Of a stretch of DNA of 64,000 bases, positions 48,060 through 63,339 are shown piece by piece. The notes beneath the pieces were generated by a model. The model had not been told where the DNA came from, did not search any database, and worked only from the letters and a program-made list of their open reading frames with translations. Position 1 is the stretch's first letter. The number at the start of each line of letters is the position of its first letter. The DNA lies in contig OZ024743.1 of NCBI GenBank assembly GCA_964016885.1, forward strand, positions 271,684,001 to 271,748,000, in the 5' to 3' direction. Made by a program: the position numbers and the translations under genes. This DNA is from Eledone cirrhosa (lineage: Eukaryota).

Positions 48060-51000
48060 TGGGCAGCCCCTAGACAATAAGTTACAATCCTCTACAATCT
48101 GCTTGCCAGAGGATGGATCTCTGCATAAACAGAACAACACATTCTTCTGGCAGTGGAAGAGCTCAGAGGAGGCATACATACATGGTGTGGGTTTTGTCAT
48201 GAGGAACTCAATGCTCTCAGCCATCAAACTGCCTACTGGAGGCTCTGAGAGTCTCTTAAGTAGGACAAGAACAGGCACAACCAGCTTTGTTTGTGTTTAT
48301 ATTTCAACCTTAATTTCTGCCACAGATGAGAAGGACCAATTTTATAATGTTCTTGATTTAATCATCAGAAATGTGCCCAACAAAGACGGTCCTTACATCC
48401 TAGGAGATCACAACGCAAGGGTTTATGCAAATGTCAAAGCCTGACCTTTGATAATCGGACGTCATGGAGTTGGCAAAATGAACGAGAATGGTCAGAGACT
48501 TTTGGAGCTGTATTTCCTTCCCAAGTTGTAACAAACACCTTCCAAAACAAGGAAAGGTACAAAGTCTCATGGTGTCACCCCAGATCCAACCTCTGGCACC
48601 AGCTGGATTTAATTTTGTCTAGGAAACAAGATCTCAACAGTGTGCTCAACACAATAAATTTTCATAGCGCAGATTGTGACACTGATCACGCCCTCATTTG
48701 CTCCAAAATACGACTCATCCTGTGCAGAATACATCATTCCAAATCCAGAGGCCAGCGGCATATCATTGCTTACTGATCCTCAGACTCGGATAAAGTTCAG
48801 GAGTTTTTGAAAATCCTCAATGCATCACTGAAGAATGACTGTACAGAAGCTTCGAGTGTGGATATCAAATAGAAACATGTGTGCAATTCTGTCTACCAGT
48901 CAGGGCTGGCTGCCTTTGGGGAAGTGTGCAAAGAAATTGAGGACTGGTTTGAGGCAAGCTGGCAGGAAATGGAACCAGCAGTAGAAGACATGTGTATGGC
49001 ACACCTAGCACATGAAAATAATCTTTGCCAAGCTACATGGGATGTACTAATGTCTGTATGCAGTAAATGTCAGCAGACAGCACAACACTGTGTCAATGAT
49101 TACTGGCTGAATGTGAGTCAGAGTATACAATTTGCAGCAGATTCTGGAAACACGGACAGCATAAACATGGACATCAAGAAGGCAACTAGTCCAATCACCA
49201 CCAAAACTGTCACTCCATACAGAACAGGAGAGAACATCAATGAAAACAGTTGAAGAGATGGGCATAGCTCTACCTAGAGGTGTACTCAACGCAAAACATA
49301 TCAGAAGCAGTTCTGAGCACTCTTCGAGAGCTGTGTGACGTGGAGGAGCTGGATACAGAGCCAACTGAAGAAGAGCTTGGCAAAGCCATCAACTGTCTGA
49401 CAGTTGGAAAGGACCCAGAAGAGGGCAGGCTACCTCCTGAGGCCATCAGATGTATTAAAGCAGCATTTGCACAACTTATTGTACATGTGTTGAAGGGAGA
49501 GCTCTATCATCATCATCATCATCATCGTTTAACGTCTATCTTCTACGCTAGCATGGGTTTAGACGGGAATTGTCCCACTTGAGGCAAGTTTGGTCGTCTC
49601 GCTCGTATAGGACTGTCTGGCAGGTTTTCTACGGCTGGATGCCCTTCCTAACACCAACCATGTTTACAATGTGGACTGGGAGGTTTTTACCGTGTTACCT
49701 ACATGACCACGTTACAGAGTGGACTGTGTGTTTTTTGTCGTGACACCTACACAACCTCATTTATTTAGGACTGGATGTTGTGGTATCAACATAACTTAAC
49801 AGAGAAAGGGGTGGTGTAGATGGGGGTGAGGTGGGGTGATGTAGGGATAGTGGGATGGGGTGTATATTTAGTTAAGAGGTGCCTACTGACTCTAGGTTTC
49901 GCTTTGTACTTAGGCAAGGCGGGTCTTCTGTATTACTGTGTAACGCCAAAGATCTCGGTCCAGTGACATTGTCTTGGAGAGGTGTAAGTGTGTAAGGTGT
50001 GAGGTCGGAATTTATCAAATTGTCCCAGGTTTTTCTGGGTCTGCCTACTCCGTAGTTACCATCTATTTTGATCGCCCTACACTTTTTTTTATACAGCTGT
50101 CGTCTTTCATGCGCATCACGTGACCATACCAACGCAGTCTTCTCTCGAGTAAACAGCATCTGATCTCTCTTATTCCTAATTTCTCACTTAGTTCATTTAT
50201 GCAATGCCATTCACGTATATTACTATTACAAATCCAACGGAGCATGCATGCTTCGTTCCTCTCCAGTCTGCACAGATCCTCTGCACGTAATGCCCATGTC
50301 TCACTGCCATGTAACATAGTTGTTCGTATGCAGGCATTATACAGTCTGCCTTTCATTTTTAGAGAGAAACCTTTAGCGGTCAATAGTGGTATAAGCCCTC
50401 TGAACTTTTCCCATCCCGTTCTGACTCCACCACTGCTGATTTTGTCACCCAGGTAACGGAAGGTGTCCACTATTTCTATAGAACCATCTGGGCAATAGAA
50501 GGAGCTAGTATCTAGTAGGCACTTGATACTTGTTGCACCTGAGCACCGGCCACATATAAAATCTACGTTCTTAGATAGTTTATCAACGCAAAATGCCAAG
50601 ATAGTGACCTTGTAGAAGAACGAGGGGAACCACTGTGACTGTAACAGCTATTGAGGCATCACTGTACTCAGTATTATCGACAAAGTCTTTGCAAGAGTTA
50701 TTCTGGCTTGACTACAAGTTTTGGCTGCCCACATATATCCAGGGTTGCACCATGGGTTCATATTGAGCAGATCTACCATCAACATGATATTTTCCATCAG
50801 ACACCAGCAGGAAAAATGCTGAGAGCAAAACTAACCACTCTGCTTTTCCTTCATCAACTTGACAAAACCCTTTGATCTGGTTAACAAGAATGGATTGTTC
50901 ACACTTCTGAGGAAGATAGTTTGTCCCCTGAAATTACTGGCTATTGTCAAAGCCTTTCACAAGGAGATGTACAGCACAGTGTGCTATAGTGGAGCAATAT

Positions 51001-52170
51001 CTGACTCATTCTAAATGAGCAAGGGGTATCAAGCTGGGATGCATGCTTGCCCCGATACCTTTTCGCATATCTTTCTCCATGCTTTTATTTTTTGAATTTG
51101 AAAGCATCAAAGATGGAGTTTACCTGTTGCATTCAATATTTGATGGAAAGCTTTCCAACCTGGTCAGACTCAGAGCCAAGACCAAAGTCAGGCATGTCAC
51201 CATCAGAGAGGTTCTCCTCTCCAATGATGCTACATTGGCAACACACAGAGAGGAGGCCTTTCAGAGACTCATAGACTGTTTTGCATATGCATGTAACGAA
51301 TTTGACCTCACTATTAGCCTGATGAAAAGTGGCAGGATACTGACTTTCCCCAATCATCAACATCGGAAGTCACGAACTCAACTCTGTTGACTGTTTTCAG
51401 TATCTTGGATCTACAATAACCTTGAATATTTCTCTTGAAACAGAGATCAATTCAAAAATTGTGAGGGCCACTGGGGTCACAAGAGGGTGTTGTCAAACAA
51501 AATCTGAAAACACCAAGATGCAAGTGTACAGAACTTGCATTCTAAGCACCCTACTCTACTCTAGTGAAACATGGGCCACATATTCTGCCCCAAAGAGGAG
51601 ACTAAACAGTTTCTATTTCCATTTCCTCAGACACATTCTTGGAATCCGTTGGCAGAGCAGAATCTGAAATGCTGAAGTGCTTGAGCATGCAGGCTTGCCA
51701 ACTATCTTTGCCCTTCTGAGCTGGCCATGTTTGCTGGCCATGTTCACTTAATGTATAATGACCACATTCCTAAAGACCTGCTGTACAGTGAACTATCACT
51801 GGAATCTATGTCTGTAAGCCATCCCTAGATGAGATTTAAAGATGTAATCAAATGAGACTTGGAAAGGACAGGAATTGATGTGCAGTCCTTGGAAAGCATT
51901 GCAGACTCATGTGGATCCTGTAAATGTGCCATTCAGAGTGATGCGAAATATGCAGAGAAAAATCAGATTGAATTAATGAGTAGAAAAATAGCCACGAGCA
52001 AGTCAGGTTCTGTAAAGCAAGTAGCATCTGCCTATATCTGTCCCTCATGCAGTAGAAATTGCCACTCAAACAATGGCCAACACAACCACAGCAGGAAACG
52101 CAACACCTGGTAGTGACTAAATTCCTTCTGCAGCCTTCATCTCTCAAGACAGAAGGAGGCCAAAGATATA
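48060..52170 (+). mobile_element. RTE-BovB-like LINE, degenerate, interrupted by another RTE
   Basis: APE (HGVGF, GDHNARV, DCDTDH), RT (GKLSNL.RLRAKTK, TLLYSSETW), C-terminal CPSC..C. Confidence 0.8.
49507..50590 (-). mobile_element. 5'-truncated RTE copy nested in the BovB-like LINE
   Basis: (CAT)n tail; close to 21770-22810 in sequence (TMLHGSETW, RRLRWYGHV). Confidence 0.85.
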
Positions 52171-52699
52171 TATACACACACAACATGTTATATGTTTGTA
52201 TATATATATGTATATATATATATATATATCATCAATCTCATCATCATTTAATGTCCACTTTCCCTACTCAGTCTGTACTGAAGCAGGGCCATTGATTTCT
52301 CAGACAGGCTGGGGCTTTGTATATCCCTTACATGTTCTACGAAGTGCATTTATTCATGGCACCGGCATTAGAGTAGTTTTCATTATATCCTTGACATAAC
52401 TGGGGTGTCCTCTCAACCCTCTGTTCGGCAAGGTTTCTATGGCTGGATGTCCTTTCTGTTACCAACCACTTTACAGCATGTACTGGGTGTGTTTATCATG
52501 TAAATCACCAACACTAGGAAGATTGTCAGGTCTTTAACACAACTGAGGAGTCCTCCAAACTCTTTGAATAGCAAGTATTCTATAACCGGATGCCCTTCCT
52601 ATCACCAACCACTTTACAGTGTGTACTGGGTGTGTTTATCATGTAGATCAAAAATACTAGAGAGGTTGTTGTGTCATTGACACAATGGAAGGGCATTTC

Positions 52700-53900
52700 C
52701 AACTCTTTTAGGTATGGTTTCTACAGAAGGAGGTCTTTCTATTGCCAATCACCTTAACACTCTTTTCTCTAGTAAACTGTCTTGCAGTCGAGAACACTTT
52801 GCACCTCTGATCTTCATGGACCAGAACATTTGCAAACTTCTTTTCTGCCTCTGACCTTGCTAGGTATAGCGGGTGCCTGGCCTCTCTCCTAGCTATTTGG
52901 TATTGCTCCTTGTATCCCATTTTCCGTCAGTCTCTCCAGGCTTGTCCTTTTCTTTTTATAGCTTTTCTCTCCATCTTGCAAGGACCTTGCTCCAGCCACA
53001 GACCTGGTTTGTGGCTTCCATCAGGTTATTCCATAGGACTTCCCAGTTTTTCTCTATGTTATATGCCTCTATCCCCTCCTCCACACTGCCATAGGCATCA
53101 AGTAGAATTTCTTTGAATTTGTTACCTGCAGCAGATTTTCTTAGTTTCCAGGTTTGTCTTCTCCAGACTGGCTTTTGTCTCTTAACCAGTCTAGCCCTTA
53201 TTCTAAGGTCACTGACTACTAGTCTATGTTGGGAGGTACATTCTTCCCCAAGAAAAGCTTTGGCATATACAACCATTTGGCTCTCCCAATTTCCCGTGAG
53301 GATGAAGTCTATTTGGTTAGTAAGCCCCCTTGATGGGTAGGTAATGAGGTGGATGGCTGGTTCCCTGAAGTTGTGTTGCAGATTATTATGTCAAGAGCAT
53401 TGCAGAACTCTAGAAGCCTTGTACCCTCCTCATTTCTTCTGCCACAATCATAGCCTCCATGTATGCCAGGGAATCTGTTGTGATGTTTCCCAATATATCA
53501 ATTGAAGTCACCAGCTGCAATAATGAAATCACTGTCATTGTGGTAGTCTGTAGGAGGGCCTCATAGAAATGGTACTTTTGCTCATTTGCATGTCTGGCTT
53601 GTTGGGCGTATGCAGATAATATAGTGGCTGTTGCATTGCCCAAGACCAATCAAAGTTTAATTATTCTATTACCACTCTAACTACCTCAATTACCTGAGCT
53701 CTCAGTGAGGAGCATTCCTACTCCACCTATCCCATTATTGTTACCCTCTCAGAAGAATTTATACCAATGTTCCATGCCTGAGATGAATCTAGATGAAGCA
53801 CACCTCCACCTTACTTCTTGCATGCAGCATTCATCTACTCGTCTCCTCTCTAGCATTTCCACAATCTCACAACACTTACCTTTTATCAGAGATCAATGTG
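52700..53900 (-). mobile_element. RTE LINE APE-region fragment
   Basis: GEECTSQHRLVVSD, ILSAYA. Confidence 0.8.
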
Positions 53901-54084
53901 CTACCCATTGATCACTGATGTAACTAGTATAGCATTTACTATAGTGTCTGTGGATTGGAGGGACAATGTGCATGTACATATCCACGTATATATTATGAGA
54001 GCATACAGCCCTCCCAACAGTGTGGATAGTCTTGAGATCTTTAGAGAGACATTATTTACAATGGAGTTCATGATGGCTCGTGGG

Positions 54085-54400
54085 TAGTTAGATAGCCTGC
54101 TAATATATGTAAGTTTTCATTATTTTTATGGAAGGGTTTGGAAAGACTGGAGTTGAGATTGCAGGTTAAGTGAAAGAAGTTGACTAATCTAAAGTTATGT
54201 TCAAAGGATATCTTTAGGCTCATGTATTTAAAGAAAAATCTAATAGCTTTTCTTCTATGTTCTAACTGCTCCCCATTGAAATCCATAACTAATTGATACA
54301 TTGAAAATGAATCTATATCTGTGTAAGTACATAAAATTTACTATATAAGTATGTCCTTTCATCCTCTTGACTTCAGTTTCCCCCGAATCTCTCCGATGAT
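54085..54400 (-). mobile_element. Penelope-like RT fragment
   Basis: LKISFEHNFRLVNFFHLTCNLNSSLSKPFHKNN resembles PLE 'VNFLDVT.NL...YKPY.KPN'. Confidence 0.45.
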
Positions 54401-54685
54401 ATACAGAATTTAACTACACAGTGCGAGATAGTGGATTACATAATAATTTAGCTTTTGTAACTGTATTGAAACACTTGTTAGAGACACTGTTGTATAATAA
54501 ATATTTCTTCAAGCTTCAACAAATGTTGTCTAGTTTTTCCTGATGTCCTGTTATTTATATATATATAACAAAGAGGGTGTGGTAAGATACCAGGTGGACC
54601 ATAACACACCAGAGTACTCACTACTTAAGGTAGTAGAGTGGGTAATTCGAAACGGCCATAGCTCAGCTGTCAGGGTCCTGACTCT

Positions 54686-54724
<39 letters not shown>

Positions 54725-54727
<3 letters not shown>

Positions 54728-55850
54728 TGCATCTTCGCTTATCCGGATATCACTTTTCCGAAATTCGATTTCCGGACGGCTATTTCTATACTACAAACAA
54801 TGTGTATTTGAAGGTTGTTCATGAAGGTTTATGTTTATCTTAGGGTTTGTGAAGTTTATAAAAAACGCGCCTAGTGCCGGTTGGTTACTTGTGCCTAGCC
54901 GTCACATGCAGCTAACACATGGCGTGTATTGATTTCTTTTATTTGATTGACTGTTTAAAAGCTAAGAAAACTAACTTGGCTCTCAGTTAAACATAATGGC
55001 TGGAGAAAAGCGAAAACGAGTTGTTTTGACTATCGCGGATAAGCTCTCTATATGTGATGTATTGAAAAAGAAAACAGCTACGCCAAATGAACTCATGAAA
55101 AGATACAATGTCGGGACATCTACAATATCGGATATCAAACGGTCGGAAGCCAAGCTACTCGGATTCGAATCGGAAAAATTGAAAATTGGTTTGAAGGGAG
55201 TGGAAAAGAAAGCGAAATGCCTGAAAACGTCAGACTACGAGCAATTAGACCAGGCATTGTACATTGAAGATTTGATCGAATGGTTTGAGAATGACGGGTT
55301 AGGCTATGAACATTTCGATGACGTCGGAATTGTTGAACACGTAAGTCGAAAGGGGGATGACGAAGAAGAAGAGGAAGTTTTAGTCGAAAAAGTTGTCGAG
55401 AAACACCCGTGACGCATGCGGAAGCATATCATCATATAGACTAATTTTTAACATATTTGAGGTATGAGGGACTGGCGGATCTGGTTAGCACTGCGACATA
55501 TTTACGTTGGCGGGAAATGGTAGCGGAACGATGAGCTTCGGCACGAGAACAATCTTCTATTTATTCATTTTTAAAAAAGTACTAACTTTTTATGGTTTGA
55601 CTCAATTCAGTTTTACCAAGTTTTTAGTTATTCTTATGTTTGTTTAATTAATTTTCTTATAAATTCTAGCTGTTCTTTTGTTATTCTAATAAACTTTCTT
55701 TACTTAGCATTTGTCTTTTATTTTGACTAAAAGAAGCCAAAACATTAGAAACCACGAGCATTATGTAACAATAGGATTTTAGAATTCACTTATCCGGATA
55801 TTTCACTTAACCAGATCTTTTTCTAACTGTTTGGTTTTGACCGTCCGGAT
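54725..55850 (+). mobile_element. Tigger/pogo-type DNA transposon, internally deleted
   Basis: TA|CAGTGCATCTTCGCTTATCCGGA left end, subterminal CTTATCCGGATA repeated at ~55789; right TIR truncated. Confidence 0.8.
54996..55412 (+). CDS. Tigger transposase N-terminal HTH_psq fused in frame to the acidic C-terminus (no DDE)
   Basis: KRKRVVLTIADKL...YNVGTSTISDIK, start of CENP-B HTH (YEQLDQALY), then jump to IEDLIEW...EEEEE. Confidence 0.7.
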   Translation: MAGEKRKRVVLTIADKLSICDVLKKKTATPNELMKRYNVGTSTISDIKRSEAKLLGFESEKLKIGLKGVEKKAKCLKTSDYEQLDQALYIEDLIEWFENDGLGYEHFDDVGIVEHVSRKGDDEEEEEVLVEKVVEKHP

Positions 55851-55879
55851 TGTGATGATGATGATGATATATATATATA

Positions 55880-56973
<1,094 letters not shown>

Positions 56974-57069
56974 AGCCATATTGAAATTACCTGCTGCCAA
57001 ACTAAACTACAATTTTCATGTTTAAGAAACAGAGATATATGTAATGACTGATAAGGATAAATCACTTAC

Positions 57070-57276
57070 ATGGACATAGAATAGTTGTTGATCCCATTAC
57101 ATTCACATTTATAGATGTAAAATTAAAAATAATCTCACAAGTTGTTCCCCAGTAGTAAGCTTTGCAACTGGAATTTGAAATGCATGCTCTCATACAACAA
57201 TCTTCACTCTCAGCTTGTATTGTAATTCCATTTAATAATTTATAATTTTCAAGACGATGGCTGTTTGTTATGCAAT
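57070..57276 (-). CDS. Host receptor gene, first recognisable exon: PAN/apple-like Cys domain
   Basis: Pyrimidine tract + CAG acceptor (57277-9), GTAAGT donor; phase 1-1; translates (D)CITNSHRLENYKLLNGITIQAESEDCCMRACISNSSCKAYYWGTTCEIIFNF...ILCP with a PAN-like CxxxC-x5-C spacing. Signal-peptide exon not found. Confidence 0.8.
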
Positions 57277-57379
57277 CTGTAGGAAAGAAAATAAGGGGAG
57301 ATGTCAGAAAAGTAACTAGAATTAGTGTACTGTGTGAGCTATGAGTCGGGTAGGGATTAACAAGTATGTCATTGTGTGA

Positions 57380-58145
57380 CATAATATCCGGAGAGTATAT
57401 AACTGCAATCTCAGTTCTCTGCAGCCATTGTATGTCTTTTCACGAACCTTTGTTATCAGCTCCTCAATTTTAGGCCATTGAGTGATAGGCACAAAGCAAT
57501 AAACCAGTCTGAAGTTCTGGCCCGGCTGAGGAAAACTTCATCAGAAGCACTTGGTGCAGCAAGTGGAGGTGAGATGATCTTGCGCTCATAGGTTTTTGAG
57601 TGGAGCAAAAGGTTCAAAGAGGGATGCAGGAATGTGGAAGATGACCCAAGAACAGAAGGCCTTCAATGAGCATGACTGAGGCCAATGTTGAGCATTTGAG
57701 GCAGGTGATGCATGGTGATCATTGGCTGACTGTTCAACTGATCGCAAGTGAGCTGGGCATGAACTGCAACAGTATTTGGAAGATTATCATAAAAGATTTT
57801 GGCATACAGACGATCTGTACAAAGATGGTGCCAAAGCATCTGGCATTTCTGGCTAAGAAGAACATTGCCATACTGGAGCAACCTTCCTTCTCACCTGACC
57901 TGGCTCCATGTGATTTTTTTCCTTTTCCACAAGCTCAAGAGGGTCACCAAGGGGACTCGTTTTCCAGATGTGAGATCCATTAAGCGGGCCATGACAATGA
58001 AGCTGTGAAGAATCATGGGAGACTCCTTCCAGGAGTACATGGAGGCATGGTTGAAAATACGTCAGATTCAAGGTGGATTATTTCAAAGGAGAAAACTTCT
58101 AGTTTGTTGTTTGGATTTGAAATATCTTTTTGTGACCCCCAGTTC
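57380..58145 (+). mobile_element. Mariner transposase remnant
   Basis: VEDDP, KMVPKHL, QPSFSPDLAPCDFF; frameshifted and deleted. Confidence 0.8.
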
Positions 58146-58342
58146 TGTTTTTTTTTTCTGTCATAGACAGTGGTAAGCAGAGAGCTAAAAATAGCTCACT
58201 CACAAGCCGTAAAGCAATTTCACAGAAATATTTAAAAATTGGGAGTAGAAATATACAAATAAATTTATATCATTATACAAAATATTGACTCACTAAACCA
58301 TAACCATTCAAGGTAAATTTGGCATATAGGCATATGTATATA

Positions 58343-58415
<73 letters not shown>

Positions 58416-58793
58416 TCATCATCATCATCATCATCATCGTTTTACGTCCGTTCTTCCACGCTAGCATGGGTTATATATATATATATATATATATATATCA
58501 TAAAACATGTCTATAGAATCACAAGATAAAATATATGCTATTTCCTCTCCCAATTAGCATAATTAACTATATAAAAAATCGAATAGACCAGGCTATAAGA
58601 ATGAGGCTTCTATGAAGGAATCTCCGACAAATAACCAAAACTAGCGCTTCGCGTCGGCCGTAGTGGAATATTTATCGAATATTTCGACAGCGTAATCGCC
58701 TACATACAGTCAACTAAGCAGAATTAGGTTTAAAATAAACTAGGAGAAAATAGAATACATTTAAATACCTCATATATATATATATAATACCTC

Positions 58794-58898
<105 letters not shown>

Positions 58899-59629
58899 GG
58901 GGAGAGAGAAAGAGAGAGAAATAGAGAGGGAGAGAGAGAGAGAAATAAGAAAACTCATCGCAAGAACAGCTGTTAAATCACCAAATGCTGTTAATGGCAA
59001 CCATGGGTAAAAATGACCTAGATGATAGAAACCAGTGACCAGTAGTCAGCAGGACAATCCATGACGTGAGTGACAGGCAGATGAAATGTAGAAAAGATTG
59101 AGAGAGGAGGAGGACAAGGGGATGCATGCTGGTGCATAGAAGTAACTGGAAGAAGGTAATAAAGAGACAAGTTCACACACATCTTCACCCTTATCAGCTT
59201 TCATATCAGCAAAATGGTTTCAGGCGATTTAGTTGAGATTATCATTTTAAAATGCTGGATCATTCAACAGAAAAATAAATCTTTCTGCTAGTATGATGTG
59301 TGCGATAAAACAAACAGAACAGATAGAAGGACGAAAGAAGACAAAGAAAAGAAAATAGTGGAATAGTGAACTTCAAGCTGTGGTTCCTGTCCTAAATAGA
59401 AAGCTAATCATAGCTATGATAAAGTTAAATAAATAAAGTGTTGTCTCTGATCGAGATGAAGCAAGAGTATATTTGAATTCATAGAAAAATGAGAAAACTC
59501 ATCATTGTCAATGGCAGTGATGGGCAAAAATCCCTCAGAAGACAGAAACCAGTGGACAGCAGTTGACGGAGAGACAATCCATGAGGTGGATGATAGGCAG
59601 ATGCAATATAGAGAAGATTGTTCTAGCAA

Positions 59630-59995
59630 TGAGTTTTCTATCAAAACCAAATGCTCAAGAAAACTGACAAAATGGGTCTTGTTCATCAGGACAATGCTCC
59701 AGAACACAAGTCCTTGGTTTCAATGGCTTCTGTGGATGACTGTGGTTTTGAACTGGTTGATCACCATCCCTATTCTCCTGATTTGGTCCCATCTAACTAT
59801 TATGTGTTCCCTAACATGAAAAAACACTTGGCTGGGAACCAGTATCGCAGTAATGATGACGTTGTATCTGTTGTTGATGACGTTTTTGACTAACAGAATA
59901 AAAGCTTCTTCACCAATGGGATCCAAGCACCGCAACACTGATGGAAGAAGTGTGTGGATTGCAAGGGGGACTATGTTGAAAAATAAACCTCATTT
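59630..59995 (+). mobile_element. Mariner transposase C-terminal remnant
   Basis: HQDNAPEH, HHPYSPDLVPSNYYVFPNMKK, WKKCV..GDYVEK. Confidence 0.8.
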
Positions 59996-59997
59996 GG

Positions 59998-60729
59998 GTA
60001 CATCGTTCCTGTGTCAGTGTTGAACAAAAAGGTGACGTGGTTGCCTTAACACCGTATGGCATAAATTCAGGCTGTTCAGTTTGTTTACAAACGAACAAAG
60101 CGACGTTATAATAAGCGCCGCTAAACTGATACGTGCATATATGTATGTGTACCTGTATGCATATGTATGTATATATGTATATATATATATATATATATGT
60201 GCATGCTACTGTACGTCTGTATACATATATGTATGTACGTATACATGCATACTTACATTTAAGTAAGTGCCATACTAAGAGTGAGAAATGAAATTTCGTT
60301 TTCATTTTGTTTCAATTTATCGTTTTCGGTATGCCTGACCGATTTAACTCACTCAATATGCAAATTAGGCTGCTCAGCCTTAATTTTCATAAGGGAAGTA
60401 TATACTTTCGAACGTTCAACTATCTGGCAGATGGGTAAACGGTGCTGATGATAGCTAACAAGCTTGAAACTAGTACATCGTTCCTGTGTCAGTGTTGAAC
60501 AAAAAGGTGACGTGGTTGCCTTAACACCGTATGGCATAAATTCAGGCTGTTCAGTTTGTTTACAAACGAACAAAGCGACGTTATAATAAGCGCCGCTAAA
60601 CTGATACGTGCATATATGTATGTGTACCTGTATGCATATGTATGTATATATGTATATATATATATATATGTGCATGCTACTGTACGTCTGTATACATATA
60701 TGTATGTACGTATACATGCATACTTACAT
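59998..60729. repeat. ~260-bp near-identical direct duplication (59998-60258 / 60473-60729)
   Basis: Same sequence GTACATCGTTCCTGTGTCAG...TACATGCATACTTACAT in both, differing mainly in (TA)n length. Confidence 0.85.
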
Positions 60730-60999
60730 ATATATATATATATATATATATATGTACGAGTAGATGCCACAGTAAAAAAGCACCCAGTACTCACTGTAAA
60801 TGAGGTTGGTGTTAGGAAGGGCATTCAGCAGTAGAAATCAAGTCAAAATCAGTTCTGTATGAGTATGACATGGTCACCTGACCTGGCATTGCCCACAACA
60901 GGACAGCCTGCTAGCATGGAAGAATGGACGTAAAACGATGATGATGATGATGACAGACACACACACACATATATATGATAGTTTCTTGCCTCCTATTTT

Positions 61000-63330
61000 G
61001 ATGTATGAGGTTTCAGCACTCTTTTTAGTTCATTTATTATGGTTATGCTTTAAATGTCACTTCAGTCCAGCTTCCGCTTTACACATGAAGCCACATTTAG
61101 TGCATATGACAAGATTTTGAGTGGAACAGGCTGGAAGGTTTGATCTTAGATCATAAATAGGCCAGACGAGATTGCTCAAATTTCTTTATACCTTCATGGC
61201 AGACAGTTTTCCATTTTACATGGTCAGCAGCTAGGGCTTCAAAAGAAGTAAGAGGTATGTTCACAGTTTAAGATTGTACTTCAGTTTGTCCTTATACCTG
61301 AGTAATGGTCTCTCTATATTACGGGCACCATTATGAAGTTGACTGTATAACTGTGCCTTAGTATGCAATCATCAGATATCCATATGACATGACCAACCCA
61401 TCTACGTTGGGATTGCATCAGAATTTACTCAATCCCACCGATGTTGCACTTGTGAATAGACCAGAATTGAAGACTCTGTCAGAGACTGCATAACCACAGA
61501 TAGAGTGAAAACAATATTTGTGAAAGATATCATGATTATAAATGTGGGTGCGATAAAGTGTTCATGACTCTGAACTGTATAAAAGTGTTGTCAGTATCAC
61601 TGCAATGATAAACTGCAACTTTCGTTTTCAAAGGAGTCTATTGATTTGGAGACGCAATTGACGATCTCATTATCCAGGTATGCAGAAGGGTTCACCATGC
61701 TGCCAAGGTAAGTAAAGAAGTTCACATACTTCAGATCCTTACCACGAACAGTGATGGGAACATAGAGATGCCAGTGCTTGGCTGTCCTTGTCCAACATCT
61801 ACTTCTCTTGTTTTTAATACTGATTGTTAAACCAAATGCATTTCTGGCAAGCGAGAAGCAGTTCATCAATTCTTGTGCATCTTAGAGGGATGTTGCAACA
61901 AGTGCCGCATCATCAGCAAATAGGAAATCATGAATATCATTTGTTCATGTAACTGTTTTAGCCTTGAAGCACTGGTTGTTGAATAGCCCAGAAGCTGTAT
62001 GGAATTCAAATATATCACCAATGTCTACGTTGCCAAATGCATACTGGAGCATTCCACAGAATAAAGCAAAAAGAACAGGAGCCATGACAAAACTTTGATT
62101 CATACTGTTTGTGACACCAAAGGGTTCAGAGCATTCATCATTTGAGATAATTGAGGTTTCCATGCCCTCATCAAAAGACATGATAATGTTCAGCATTTTG
62201 TCAAATATATCAAGCTTTCTGAGGATTTTCCAGAGCACTTTGCGATTGACAGTGTCAAAGGCTTTGGTCAAATCGTCACAACCATAAACAGTTTCTGGTT
62301 CTTTTCATGAACCTTCTCTGCAACCTGGCAAAGGGAGAAGATTGTAACAATAGTAACAAGAACTGTGCAGAAACTACATTGTTTTTCAGGGTAGATATCA
62401 ACAAGTACCTTATCAGCAATACAGAGAAGGAAGATGCCACGAGAGTTGTCACAGATAGATTCTGTTTACCTTTGTTCTTGAAGAGATGAATTATAGATGT
62501 ATCTCTGAAATCTTGAGTGACATGTTCGACCTTCTGGATTTCCAGAAATAGCCGAAGAGGCTTACAAATCAGTTCTTGACCACCAATTGAATATTTCAGG
62601 TGGGATGCCATCTTTACCAGGAGCTTTATTGGATGATAGTTGTGTGATAGCAGCTTGTATTTCCTTCAATCTTGGATTAATGCTAATTTGGCCTTTGTCG
62701 GAAAGATGATATTACATTTTCATCTACATTTGACTCAGCATTTAGGACTTTTCCAAAGTGTTCCTTCCATTGAGAGAGTATCTCAGCTTTGTTTGCGTAC
62801 AGAGTTGTATCATCACAAGATTGAACTGGGTTTGACCTTCCCTCCCTTAAACCATACATCACCTTCAGACCATTATAAAAGGCTTTATATTAGCAATGTC
62901 TTGTAGTTCAGCTGCTTTGGCTACCCACCAGGCATTTTTCATCTTTCTAAGTGATGGCTGTGCCTGCTGCTTACAATCTTTATAGATTTTCTTTTCAGTT
63001 CTTGAGTTTTTCTCTCCACTCAAAGCCTGTGTAGGTTATGCATCTAACTGATAAAGTTCTGGACATCTAACTTGCTTTCATCAAACCAGTACTGGTATTT
63101 TTTCATAGGAAATCATGAGATTTCTACGGAGACAGAATAGGTGGCATCTTTGAGTGCTTTCCAGGAAGCCTCAATGTCATCAGAAATCTGGACATTGTGA
63201 CAACTCTCGTGGCATCTTCCTTCCCCACAGGTTGTTGAAAAATCACCTTTCTCATCAAGAAAGCTTGGTGGAGTTGCTTGTTTTGTCACAAATGATCTGG
63301 CCATGTGATAGGTTATACTGGGTTACATGT
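61000..63330 (-). mobile_element. RTE-BovB-like LINE, degenerate
   Basis: TKAFDTVNR, APVLFALF, FADDAAL, FGLTISIK, FTYLGS. Confidence 0.8.
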
Positions 63331-63339
63331 TACTAGTAG

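Noticed and set aside
58950-59620. Two diverged ~130-bp direct repeats
   Set aside because: Minus strand reads LYIASAYHPP-like, most likely old LINE endonuclease fragments
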